A program made the translations under genes and the position numbers. The notes under the pieces were generated by a model. That model made no database searches. It was not told the DNA's origin and worked only from the letters and a program-made list of their open reading frames with translations. DNA of 64,000 bases from Octopus sinensis (Eukaryota), in contig NC_042998.1 in NCBI RefSeq assembly GCF_006345805.1, positions 51,522,001 to 51,586,000 on the forward strand, written 5' to 3'. This document shows positions 37,508 through 50,491 of this stretch, piece after piece. The stretch's first letter is position 1. Every line of letters starts with the position of its first letter.

Positions 37508-37540
<33 letters not shown>

Positions 37541-37629
37541 AGTAAGTGTGTGTTTGACGTAGTATGTGTATACATATATTCTCTCACTCTCTCTCTTTCT
37601 CTCTCTCTATACACACACACACACACACA

Positions 37630-37830
37630 CACATACACGCATACACACACACGCATATATAGTGATAAATTATATGATTATTGACGATTAAGTCTCTTTT
37701 CGGCATTGGAATTTTTTTCTTTTGCCCTTGTTTATAAGTTGTTTATAAATTTAACCTTTTAAGGTATTTTTTAATATGCTGGCCATTGATAAAATTTTTT
37801 CGAAAATTTTATCCTATATTAGATGTAAAT

Positions 37831-37900
<70 letters not shown>

Positions 37901-37919
37901 TGTATGTATACATATATAT

Positions 37920-37951
<32 letters not shown>

Positions 37952-38160
37952 CACACACACACATACACGCATACACACACACGCATATATAGTGATAAAT
38001 TATATGATTATTGACGATTAAGTCTCTTTTCGGCATTGGAATTTTTTTCTTTTGCCCTTGTTTATAAGTTGTTTATAAATTTAACCTTTTAAGGTATTTT
38101 TTAATATGCTGGCCATTGATAAAATTTTTTCGAAAATTTTATCCTATATTAGATGTAAAT

Positions 38161-38170
<10 letters not shown>
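37630..38170. repeat. About 330-bp direct tandem duplication bounded by CA/TA microsatellites
   Basis: GTGATAAATTATATGATTATTG...TAGATGTAAATTGTG appears identical at about 37661 and 37991. Confidence 0.85.
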
Positions 38171-38246
<76 letters not shown>

Positions 38247-38265
38247 TGTATGTATACATATATAT

Positions 38266-38363
<98 letters not shown>

Positions 38364-39254
38364 TATGCGTGTGGGTTTTCATTACTGTTAGGTGACATCA
38401 TCATCATCATCATCCCCTGGACGCTACTGACTCGAGTCTTCGGATTCAAAGGGCCGATTACCCGGTTTACACGGCGTATGAATGATCGGGATCACAACAT
38501 CCCCTGTGAACGGGACGCCAGTCCATTACTGACGTTCTCATTTACGACTGAATAACACATCGCCCGATCCAGGAACTGAAACAACGATCTTGTTGAATCC
38601 TCAGCCATAACTTGCCAAGATTATGGGAGAGGGGGTGGGAGACAAAATGATGTTGTCACTTTACTTGCTAACACCCAAAGTGATACTGCAACTTGCTTTT
38701 TCTCTTCCTCACTCTCTGGTGAAGAGCAAGAGTCCGAAACGTCAGTTTCTTTAACTTTTCATGGAAATCGTACTTTATTAAACTCTTCTGTAATCTTTCC
38801 TATGAATTATCTAATGTATCTCCACTGTTTCCAAAATGGTAAAGTGCTATCTCGGGAAGATTTGGTTACTATTTCAGTCAGGTCAAGCAACCGCGAAGAG
38901 GTTCTTTACAGTAAATAAATTTAATGGATGTACAATTAAAACGATAGGTGACATTAGAATAAAAGATTCCAAGTTGGTTATAATTGATGCCTACAAGACA
39001 TATTGTTGGTATTCAAAGAAGAAACAGTGTTTAAATTAAATTGCTGTTGCTAAGGCACCAGTTATGGAAAGAAGAACCATACAAACTAAGAGTACCATCA
39101 CGTAAACGAGATCACCGTAACTAAAACAGCGACACTAGAACTGAAAATATTTCTTTGAGAGAGAAACGATGTGTGTATGTGTGCGCACGCGCGCGAACGT
39201 ATTATCACTTCTGCAATAAAAATGCGACTATATTTAGAGGAAATGTAAAGCCCA

Positions 39255-39495
39255 AGTGGCTTAGTGGTTAGGGTGTCGGCATCATGATCGTAAAATTGTG
39301 GTTTCGATTCCTGGACCGGGCGACGCGTTGTGTTTTTGAGCAAAACACTTCATTTCACGTTGCTCCAGTACACTCAGCTGGCAAAAATAAATAACGCTAC
39401 GATGGACTGGCGTCCTGTCCAGCTGGGGAACACATACGCCATTGAAACCGAGAAACCGGGCCCATGAGCCTGGCTAGGTTTTAAAAGGGCGCATT
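39255..39495 (+). mobile_element. tRNA-headed SINE, family D
   Basis: GGCTTAGTGGTTAGGGTGTCGG...GGTTTCGATTCCTGG; inverse copy at 44786-45033. Confidence 0.8.
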
Positions 39496-40713
39496 TTTTT
39501 TTTTAAAGACCAAGTATGCAAATATAATCACTACTACATAGAGATCAACTACCTGCGCATGCGCGAAGGGTGTCTTTCAATTTCCGTCTAAGTTCACTCA
39601 CAAAGCTTGGTCGGCCTTAGGCTATTAGTAGAAAACACTTGTCCAAGGTGCCACGCAGTGGAATCGAAACCTCTTTTTACTCACCAAAGCCTTGAACCAA
39701 ACAAGTGAGCTTACGCTGCTAATTGTAGCCGGTCAAGTGATCGGCTAGAAATAGCAGTCAGAACACACTCAAATTACACCCATAAAAAAAAATAGGTCGG
39801 GAAACGAACTTCTTCACCCCACAGCATGCATGTGCTTTTGAAATCGAGATTTTATTTTCGTATTTGCTGTTTGAGTAACACGGATATCTCATTTCTATAC
39901 TCGTTAACTTCATAAAATGGATTTCACTGGTAAAGACGCTCTCCAAATAACGGGAATCTCAATTACGTAGCTGAATGACAATGTAATGATGTCCCCGTTA
40001 GCTCGGGCAACGCCTAGATATTTCCTCTAGCAGAATTTAAGAGATAACAGTAGATCTGCTCGTAAATGAATTGAAATAAAATGTGGTTGACTAGATAAGT
40101 ATATAAAATGAGTCCTACATTAATAAAATATGCGAAATGCTGTTAAACCTCTCTTGAGAAATAGGGTCAACATTTAACCGGCTGTGTTTAGTCAGAGTAA
40201 CAGTTTTATAATAGAAGAATGCAGCCAGCGTGAAAAAAAGTCGATAAACAGTCAGTTTATCATGGTAAGAAAAAAAATTAAGTAAATTGCCCAAAATAAA
40301 CAATAAAAATTGTCCAAAACAAAAAAAAAGAGAATAAAAAAGATGTAAATTGCTATAGAATCGACAGTAATTTCGCATAATTTCATGTAAGCAATGTATG
40401 TGATATAACCGATGTGTAGAATGAACGTAACTTCGTTCTTCGGATAGTCTCTTACTCATGTGTGTATTAAGTGTTGTTGTATTTTTGTTTTGTTTATACA
40501 TTTTAGTCATTTAACTGCGGCCATTCTAGGGCACCGACTTGAAGGGTTTCAGTCGAACAAATTGATCTCAGGACTTTTTTAAAGCCTCGTACTTATTCTC
40601 TCGTTCCCTGTGCTGAACCGCTAAGTTACGGTGGCGTATGCACACTAACGTCAGTCGTCAAACGGTGATGGAGGACAAACACAAAGACACTCTCACATAC
40701 ATACATACATACA

Positions 40714-40744
<31 letters not shown>

Positions 40745-40747
40745 GTA

Positions 40748-40797
<50 letters not shown>

Positions 40798-41795
40798 GTT
40801 AAAAAGATGGTGCTCCAGCTTGACTGAAACATGTAAAAGAATATAATAAATGCACAAATAAACAGAAAACAAACACAGAATGTCACCAAATCATCGTCAG
40901 TTATCTGCCAGAGGATCAAATGCAATTTCGCGCCTTACGATAATATTGAATCCCTTCTGGTGGCGCCAAAACGACGGGCTTCTTTCAGTATCCATCTACC
41001 GAATCCACTTACATGGCTTTGATCGATCCGAGGCTAGAGTAGAAGACACTTGCCCAAGGCGTCACGCAGTGAGACCGAACCCACACCCATGTAGTTGGGA
41101 AACAAGCTCTTTACCACGCAGCCACAGAGTCAAATAACTCTTTTCAAAAAAGGAATTGGTTAGTATATTCCAAGTGAATCCATAGAAGTAACGCCACTCT
41201 TCCCACCAGTTCTTTCTACATGGCTCATTAAACGTGCAAGATTACTGCTTTGCTTACATGTAACTGTACTGGCCATAAAATGCCATCAAACTGCTTTCTT
41301 AGTAATGTTCACTACTCGGTGTAGCACGTTGAAACGGTGTACCTCAGCTGCTATTTCTGAAATACTTAACACATCACTAGAATCATTAGAATATACTTGG
41401 CTTCTAGAGGCCTGTAGAGGTCGTATAATGAAGGAGCTCTTTTATGAAATTTTATGTCACTGACGTCACTTCCGATTTCTATTGTAATTTACTTTCACTT
41501 TTCTTCGACTGTAAACCAAAACGTCATACGTATACTTCGGGATATGAACATGTGAACAGCAATATAGGAGTCTGGTCCGTCTGAATCATCTGGTGACATA
41601 ATAATTGCGGCATTTCACGGGTTGGTCGAGCAGGTTAAATGACCAATCGGAATTCGAAAAAAAATTTGGCATATACAGCCTATGATGGTGCAATGTGTAT
41701 TGATTATCACTGTGAAGATATTGCTATAATTTTGCCGTTCATGCTCAATCTGGTGGTCAGTAAAAGGCGACAGTAAACATTATCAAGAAAATTGG

Positions 41796-41839
<44 letters not shown>

Positions 41840-41975
41840 ACTTGTTGAACTTCGATATGGGAAAAATTTACAACCTTCTACAGATTGCTCGAAGCTTACT
41901 AATTTCCTACACCTTGATCCTTGTATCTCACCGGTATATTACTATACATACATACTACATACATACATACATACA

Positions 41976-42062
<87 letters not shown>

Positions 42063-42763
42063 TATATATATTTACAGAAAAACAAAAGACGAAGACAGGT
42101 GTATAAAACGACTAGCAGGTGTATTAGTTTGACGCTCGGAAAGGTAAAAAAACTTGCGGATTTAAAAAAATAAGAAAAAAACAAGGTTCAAAAAAGTTCA
42201 AAAAGGTTCAAACGTCGTGGTTTATTGGAGCGATTTGTCATCAACGGAAGAGTCCAGTGACGACGGCTTTCACACATTTTTCGTCTACCAAATTCACTCA
42301 CAAAGTATTGGTTAGCCCGGGACTATTGTTGAGAATACTTGCTCAAGGTGCCGAACCTGAAACTACATGGTTGCAAAGCAATATTTTTCACCACACACCC
42401 TACGTTACAAATATTTTGAAAAGAGAAAAAAAATGTTGCTTTTCTTATCTGAAATTCGACAGCTGATTGTTTTTTATGATATGGTTCAGAATACATTGTC
42501 TTTTTTACAATCTGAAATCAAATTTACAATAATACATGGGCACAAGAGTTGTATTTTCATAAAGTACAATACAGTACAGCCAGACGTCACGAGTGACGGC
42601 TTGATAACATATACAAGGCTTGCGTTAGTTGTATAAGGTACATATTTATTCACGAGCAGACATAGGCAACCTCTTCGCCCTCTCATTTTCGGCCCTTATG
42701 GAACATCAAGAAGTGACAGCTGGAGGGATAGAACACTGTACCAGTCTTCCGCTGGAACTCATT

Positions 42764-43225
42764 ACGGAAAGATTTCCGCCCCTCCCCCCTTCCCATATTC
42801 TCCCAAATTTGTTTACTTTTGTAATTTTTTTTTCCCAAAAATCCCCGTTTTCGGATACGGAGGTTCCGGAAAATTGCCAAAAATCGACATTGTGAAATTT
42901 CCACCACTCCCCTCTTTTCCACCAACTTCTTCAATTTTGACTTTTCCCCCAACACTAACCCTAAAACCCTAACCCTGAAACTCTAACCCTAAACCCTAAC
43001 CCTAACCCTAAAACCCTAAAACTCTAACCCTAACCCTAAAACCCTGACCCTAACTCTAACCCTAAAACCCTCCGTAACCGTAAGTACAGAAATGTTTTGA
43101 AATTTTTGTCCGAATCATGATGTCCGTATTTTTCTGCATATTTAGAAAAAAAATTCTTAAAAAAAATTTTACAAAGTGAAAAATGTAGAAATTGGAGGGG
43201 GAGGGAGACAAAAAAGTCTTTCCGA
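42764..43225. mobile_element. MITE-like element with CGGAAAGA termini and an internal degenerate (CCCTAA)n tract (42955-43071)
   Basis: Imperfect terminal inverted similarity over about 50 bp; no TSD identified. Confidence 0.5.
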
Positions 43226-43261
43226 AAATAGTAGCTGAAAAACAGGAAAAAAAAAATAAAA

Positions 43262-43632
43262 GCAATAGAAATGCACGAACGATTATGGTGGCGCCATGGA
43301 ATAAACATGCTTCAGATACACTCGTTTATTCATACAAACGTAACTGAGATGAAATATGTCATAAATAAGTGACAAACGAAATATACACCGCCGGAAGTTG
43401 CTGTTGACAAACAACAGCAGTAATTTTATTCAGATGAAAACACGTCATTGATTGGTTGAAATTACCGAAATACAACTTTAACACGAAATAACTTTGAAAA
43501 TAGAAACTTTTCTCAACAACACTAAGAGTAAAAGATGTTTTATATGACACATTCTACCAGTGTCCGAAATTTGAAAGTGTTTAGTTACAAAAAAATTAAT
43601 TTCTCGATCTGCCGTTGAAAGGGAAAAGATCC
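43262..43632. mobile_element. Truncated copy of the GGATC-terminal MITE (left TIR missing)
   Basis: Colinear with 57985-58279; ends GGGAAAAGATCC. Confidence 0.75.
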
Positions 43633-44630
43633 CTGATTTCTTTACATGTATAATGTATTTCGAACAACAACAATTCAATCTGTCCTTTTTTAAAGGATAC
43701 AATTTGGGTGAGTTTTAACTGCTATTTTCAGCCAGTCAATTGACCATTTACAAACTCCTTTGTTTGGTTTGTGGCTTTGCAGGGTTAAAGGTGAGGGAAC
43801 GTTCAAATATGTGAAGGCACATCTCAAGTAATCGTTAACATGAGGATTTATATAATAAAATGTTTTCTTGAGAAGATAAGCGCCCTTGAGGATTTTCACA
43901 TACTCCGTCAATTTGCAAAACAAATACAGTGCACCGTGCAAATAATGCTTTGAAATTGTCGAGATTAATGACTGGGAGGTGTTTGCCTATCTCTGGCACA
44001 TTTGCAAGATAATCATCAGAACAAGTAATGCGTTTTGGTATTACAAGGTCTGCAAGGACTTACAGAATAGTTTTCAGGCTTCTTGCCAAGGCTCTTGGCA
44101 AGTCTTTTACTAGCACAGAAGAATTTTCCGACAAGTTACTCTTCAACTAAGCTGCCATCGCCATTGTAACATGTTCGCTTTCAAACTTCGCGCTAAGCAT
44201 TTCGCCCGGCGTGCTAACGTTTCTGCCAGCTCGCCGCCTTAACAAAACAGAGAAATAATAACCGTTGGATATCATCGTTGGAATAAAGTTCTGCGATTTA
44301 TACTTTAATTTAAACGTCTATAAACACCTATAATTAACAATACGTAGATCGAGGTAATAGTTGAAGTGAAAAAGTCAGGGGCCGACCCAGTGGGGGTAGG
44401 CTGAGGGGACCGTGCCCTCTCTCAAGAAAAGAAGTGCGCCCTTCTAAATAATGTTATTACACCCTTTTCTCCTGGAATTGTATTCCCTTCTGACTTTGTG
44501 TCCTCCCTTCGAAAAATTCCTGGAATCGGGCCTGAAACTGGAACCAAATAATTGGAATGTAGGAGGTCATTTTCTGTTATCGGCACCGCTTTGAGTCCAT
44601 GATCAAAATACCTACATAAATATATATATA

Positions 44631-44785
44631 CCGGAGTAAGCACATAAATGTTAAACAAGGTGGAAAAAAGAGTACTCAAATACGAGAGGTAGAATGATAT
44701 GCTTTATTTAAAAGCAGTAGAAAATATAACAAAAGCAGTTACTCAGAGTTTCACGTTCCCGTCCATCGGACAGTTTTGTTAACAA
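44631..44785. mobile_element. PLE-type pLTR fragment next to (TA)n with a degenerate hammerhead
   Basis: Homologous to 8624-8755; minus strand ctgt CCGATGG acg ggaa cgt GAAA ctc. Confidence 0.6.
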
Positions 44786-45033
44786 ATATGCCCTTTTTAA
44801 AGCCTAGCCAGGCTCGTGGGCCTGGTTTCCCGGTTTCCGTGACGTATGTGTTCTCCAGCTGGATGGGATGCCTGTCCATCACAGCGTTACACATTTTTGC
44901 CAGCTGAGTGGACTGGAGCAACGTGAAATAAAGTGTTTTGCTCAAGAACTCAACGTGTCTCCCGGTCCAGGAATCGAAACCACAATCTTACGATCATAAT
45001 GCTGACACCCTAACCACTAAGCCATGCGCCTCC
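44786..45033 (-). mobile_element. Family-D SINE
   Basis: Reverse complement of 39255-39495. Confidence 0.8.
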
Positions 45034-45456
45034 ATTCACAACTATACGGGTGGCCTAAACTAACATAGGAAGCTCACACATCAAATATCAAACGCATCTC
45101 TGTAGCGTTTCTCTTGTGTTATTAGGTATACTAATATGCAGCGGTGTACCTCAGCTAATATTTCAGAAATGTTCATGTTATCACTAGAAGATAAAGGGCA
45201 AGGGTAAAAAATAAACCCTTCGGTTACGAAGGGCCATGGCGTTGTATGTAGACTGTTACTCAGCGAGGCACAAGTCCGAGCAACGTTGTTTGTGGAAATA
45301 TACACAACAGTCATCCATGCATACCCGTCTCTTCTCACCATGCCACTGATGATAGCCAAGGGATAGGCTAAGGCCGATACAGCTTGGCACCAGTGTTGCC
45401 GCAACGCATTTCTTCAGCTGGGGAACTGGAGTAATAAAGTGAAATAAAGAGTCTTG

Positions 45457-45869
45457 GGATCTTTTCAGTTTGAACGGCAGTTTTTAACATAATTTCTAGG
45501 TAACTAAAAAATTTTAAACTTCGTATACTGATAGAATGTGTTTATAAAACATCTTTACCTCTTGGCTTTATTGAGAAAATTCTATAGTTTGTAAGATATT
45601 TGTTATTTTTTCTTCAATTTCTTCAATTTCAACCAATCAATGACGTCTATTGAGGTGAAAACATTCTGTGCCGTATGAATATGTCCCTCGTTTAAGAAAC
45701 AGATTGGGTTTATTTACATTTCTGAAGAAAAAAAGATACCCTTCCCCCACCACTAACCCTAACCCTAAAATAGATTGAAATGCAATAGATCGATACTAGG
45801 GTCATAATTATGGGTGACAATTTCATATGGCACCGCTAGAAAAAACTGCCGTTCAAACCGAAAAGATCC
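45457..45869. mobile_element. MULE/Merlin-type MITE, 413 bp
   Basis: About 30-bp TIR GGATCTTTTC(A/G)GTTTGAACGGCAGTTTTT; TSD GAGTCTTG; inserted into a SINE. Confidence 0.85.
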
Positions 45870-46074
45870 GAGTCTTGCTCAAGAACCCAAAAGCACAACA
45901 AAAAGATTTCTCAACTAAAAAATATTCATTTTCTCTAAGTTATGAAATACCTTTTACATATTCGTTTTTTATAAGTTTTGAGGAAATAAAGTCGAGTAGG
46001 GAGCACACTTGTAATAGCTGTGCTAAACTTATGTCAATGAGAGAGGACAATGTTGATTGCTTGAAAAAGGATAT

Positions 46075-46300
46075 AGCGAGCTGGCAGAAACGTTAGCACG
46101 CCGGGCGAAATGCGTAGCCGTATTTCGTCTGTCGTTACGTTCTGAGTTCAAATTCCGCCGAGGTCGACTTTGCCTTTCATCCTTCCGGGGTCGATAAATT
46201 AAGTACCAGTTACGCACTGGGGTTGATGTAATCGACTTAATCCCTTTGTCTGTCCTTGTTTGTCCCCTCTGTGTTTAGCCCCTTGTGGATAGTAAAGAAA
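46075..46300 (+). mobile_element. Family-A SINE, full length, low divergence
   Basis: Complete head-to-tail copy, used here as the family reference. Confidence 0.85.
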
Positions 46301-46748
46301 TATATATTTGAGTGTGTATGTGTGGGTGGGTGGGGGTTGTGTTTGTGTGTTTGTATGTATGTGTGTGTGTGTGTTTAACGGTATAGCTAGATAAGAAAAG
46401 TGAAGGAAGGAAGAGGAGAGTCGTAAGTAGGATGTTATTCAAAAATTGCTTTTAGCACTAAATAGGTTAAGCTATTCATTCAGTGAACGTTTAGAGAAAG
46501 ATTGTGTGTGTGTGTGGGGGGGGGGGGCAAGTGTGTGTGTGCGCGCGCATGTGTGAATGAGAGCGAGGAAGAAAGAGGGAGGAAGAGGGAAAGAACAGTA
46601 CTAGGTTAATGGTTCTTACTTTGTTTACTAAATATGATAGTTTTGTAGTATTAATAATCTATCGTTAAGCAGAACTGTTAGAGCGTCGGCACACTACTGA
46701 GTCTGCCAGGCATCTTCCCATATAATAATGATACTACTGCTGCTGCTG

Positions 46749-46826
<78 letters not shown>

Positions 46827-46989
46827 CTTTTCTACTGGAGGCACAAGGCCTCAAATTTGTCGGGTAGGGACAAGTCGATTATATCGACCCTAGAGTTTCA
46901 CTGGTACTTAAGTTATCAACCCCGAAAGGATGAAAAGCAAAGTCGACCTCAGCGGAATAATAATAATAATAATGATAATAATAATAATG

Positions 46990-47037
<48 letters not shown>

Positions 47038-47076
47038 TAATAATAATAATAAAATTATAAAAGATAATAATAATAA

Positions 47077-47364
47077 AATTATAAAAGATGGGCTACAGCA
47101 AATTATAAAAGATGGGCTACAGCAAATTATAAAAGATGGGCTACAGCAAATTATAAAAGATGGGCTACAGCAAATTATAAAAGATGGGCTACAGCAAAGT
47201 ATAAAAGATGGGCTACAGCAAATTATAAAAGATGGGCTACAGCAAATTATAAAAGATGGGCTACAGCAAATTATAAAAGATGGGCTACAGCAAAGTATAA
47301 AAGATGGGCTACAGCAAATTATAAAAGATGGGCTACAGCAAATTATAAAAGATGGGCTACAGCA
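47077..47364 (+). repeat. Minisatellite, 12 x 24 bp (AATTATAAAAGATGGGCTACAGCA)
   Basis: Exact repeats except for two AAGT variants; the last unit is continuous with the downstream retroposon. Confidence 0.95.
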
Positions 47365-47787
47365 AATATTTTGCTCAATACCACAGATTTGCTTGTCAGT
47401 TGCTTGACCTTAACCAGTTGAGCATATCTCTTAGTGGCTGACGATATGTGCATCTCTGATCACGAGCAGAAGTAGTGGGGGAGCATCATAGCCATGTGTT
47501 GAGAGGGATTCTTTGGGGTTTGAATAATTCACCTCTGGAAACATGGGTGGTTTTTTCAACATCCTTAAACAACCCTTATTCAGGGACCGTTTGAGCGGGA
47601 TGGGCTACTCAACCTGAAGAAAATTTTAACTGGGCCCCACCTGCAAGGTCATGTGCTGTTTATCTTGATATGAGATCACCATGTCGCGCACATATGGTTG
47701 TGATGCATGTGCCTGGTGTACCCTTACCAGACGGGTAGTCATGATGGGTATATTGGGCTTCGTATATTTTACCCCAGTGTCACTTTG

Positions 47788-47815
<28 letters not shown>
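47341..47815 (+). mobile_element. Unclassified retroposon 3' segment with (AAT)n tail
   Basis: Diverged inverse copy at 54284-54745; non-coding as far as could be read. Confidence 0.65.
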
Positions 47816-47818
<3 letters not shown>

Positions 47819-47844
47819 GAGCACTCAGATAGCGCAAACCTCCG

Positions 47845-50120
47845 TCAATATTTCTTTATTTTGGCTCTACAGCCACAACACAGAGGGGACACTACAAAGA
47901 CAGACACAACACCACGGTGGGAACAAAAACATAAAACGAATGAAAATGAGATGTTACATAAAAATGAAATAGTTGCATGGGTCCGACTCCCATGCAGTAG
48001 CGTTTGAATGTTTATATAAACTATTTACAATCGTTCTATTATCTTATTGCTTTTTCTTAATCTCGTTTTTACTCTTTTTAAAATGAAACAATTTTACTTT
48101 TTTTTCTCTTTCTGGATCTTTTCGGTTTGAACGGCAGTTTTTTAAAATAATTTCCACGTAACTAAACTTCGTATACTGGTTGAATGTGCTTATAAAACAT
48201 CTTTTTCTCTTGGCTTTATTGAGAAAATTCTATAGTTTGTAAGATATTTGTTGTTTTTTCTTCTTCAATTTCTGCAATTTCAACCAATCACTGACGTCTA
48301 CTGAGGTGAAAACATTCTGTGCCGTATGAATATGTTCCTCGTTTAAGAAACAGATTGGGTTTATTTACATTTGTGAAGAAAAAAAGATACCTTTCCCCCC
48401 ACCCCTAACCCTAACCCTAACCCTAACTAACCCTAACTAACCCTAACCCTAAAATAGATTGAAATGCAATAGATCGATACTAAGGTCATAATTATGGGTG
48501 ACAATTTCAAATGACACTGCTAGAAAAAACTGCCGTTCAAACCGAAAAGATCCCTCTTTTTTCAATAAAACAATTTTACTTTTTTTCGTTTTTAATATTT
48601 CATGAAATTTTCTAAATCTGTTGGCTCCACTACAGGTGGCAATTCATCGAACTCCACCATCGTTCGTGACGGGTCAACCCCTTCTCCACACATGCCTTTT
48701 TAGTCTGTTGTAGGTGTTCTTGTCAACCACGATGGCCTTCACATTCTCGGAATACACATCCGTGGGCAACTTGATTCTTATATGTTTAAACTTTAATACC
48801 TTCTTTTCAGTTTCTTTGCTTTTTGCGTACGTCACAAAATTCCATCGAAATTTTCATTTTCTTATTAGATTTCTCTTTTCCTGCTCCGCTCCTGGTACCT
48901 TCTTTTCTTCCACCACTCTGAACAGTCTCTCCACTTGCGTTTCTAAATGTTCTTTCCTCCACTGGAACAACCGGTGTCTTCACCAATGTCTTTTCCTTAT
49001 GCTACTCCTTGAACTCTTTTCGCTTATTTTATCCACCACCATTTCGTCTTGCTTCCTTCTGGTCTCTTCCTTCTGGTCTCTTCCTTTTCCATCTCTTCTT
49101 CTTTTTCTGCTACTCTGGCAGAAAGCTCACTCTCCCACTTCTCTTTCTTTTTCAAACACCGTGAACCCCTCCTCCGTTGCTTTCACCTTTATCTCGACCT
49201 GTACCACCTGGTCCGTGCTATCCTGCCTCTCCGTCTGCTCTATTTGTTGTTCTCTCTGGAGGCACCTCACCATCATGTGACCCTTTCCCAACATGTATAA
49301 CATAGAGGTGGCTTTCCCTCCACCACCACTCTCAATCTTATGTCATCGGGCAGCACTATCTCTTCGACAATTCTGTTTAGGTCTTCCACTATTGCTTGAA
49401 CGGTTAACTCTATTCCATATCCCCAGTAGTTAACTCTTTGGGTCCTTGTGACCTTCAGTATCTTGCCCTCCTCATTCATGTTATACATTATGGCTGTCAT
49501 CAGCTATGTTTCTTTCAGCTCTGGGGCACTTTGCCAACTCGCACCCTGGCCGCACGTTTTCCACAGTACGATGGCAAAAGCACCCATTCTTCCGATCTTA
49601 TTGTCTCCGTTGGGTGCTTAATTGCTTCCTTTTCTGAGGTAAAGCGCACCTTCACAGTAGCGTATTTTCTCCCTCTTGTTATAAATGTGGTTAGTCTTTT
49701 TATACGCTTTAAACACTCTTCAATAGCCTCTATTCTCGCTATTTCTATTTTCCTTGTTGCTATATTCATTGTCTTATATATCACCGTCCTTTTCGTTACA
49801 TTGGTTGTTAGTTCCACAGGCGGCGTTAACTTCAGTGTATTTCTGTCTCTTTCCAGCAACCTCTCGCACTCCTTCATTTTTCGAGGTTCAACCTTTATTT
49901 CACGTACTTCCAGCGTTTCCACGTCTATCTCTTTTCCAGTTCCAGCCGCATAACTATGGCCACCTGCTGACGTTTCTTTCCATTTTCCCCACAATGGGAA
50001 AAAAAACAGAATTTAAAATAACACGAGCAACAATTTGAACAGTAACAATCAATCAATCAAATATTTAACACTAAGACTTACGTTTAACATAACAAAAAAC
50101 AACTCAAACCGCCTGTGACA
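47845..50120 (-). mobile_element. ORF1-only Tx1-like element, unit 1 (contains MITE 48114-48553)
   Basis: SYAAGTGK, RRM-like YATVKVRFTSEKEA, RVRVGKVP and a frameshifted CCHC knuckle; flanked by CAAACCTCCG (47835-47844, 50121-50130); no ORF2. Confidence 0.75.
48114..48553. mobile_element. MULE/Merlin-type MITE, 440 bp, with internal (CCCTAA)n
   Basis: Same TIRs as 45457-45869; near-TSD CTCTTTCT/CTCTTTTT. Confidence 0.85.
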
Positions 50121-50151
50121 CAAACCTCCGCCGAAACAACACCAACGTCCT

Positions 50152-50460
50152 GTTTCTTTATTTGAACCTACGGCCATAACACAGAGGGGACACTACAGAC
50201 AGACACAACACCACAGTGGGGACAAAAACATAAAACGAATGAAAATGAGATGTTATATAAAAATAACACATAGGCGGCCAGCTCTCCACCACCACTCTCA
50301 ATCTTACGTCATCGGGCAGCACTATCTCTTCACAATGGAAAAAAACAACAATTCAAAATGACAATAGCAACAATTTGAACAGTAACAATCAATCAAGCAA
50401 ATATTTAACACCATGACTTACATCTAACATGACAAAAGACAACTCAAACCGCCTTTGACA
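50152..50460 (-). mobile_element. 309-bp mini derivative of unit 1 (unit 2)
   Basis: Unit 1 3' end plus a roughly 45-bp ORF1 scrap plus unit 1 5' end; flanked by a 31-bp near-duplication. Confidence 0.75.
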
Positions 50461-50491
50461 CAATCCTCCGCCGAGACAACACCAACGTCCT

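Noticed and set aside
38713-38750. Hammerhead-like strings here (CTGGTGA...GAAAC), at about 19128-19160 and at about 57650-57690
   Set aside because: The core is mutated or stems I/II do not pair; at most decayed PLE relics.
42955-43071. True telomere or chromosome fusion site
   Set aside because: Short, degenerate, single orientation and embedded in a MITE-like element.
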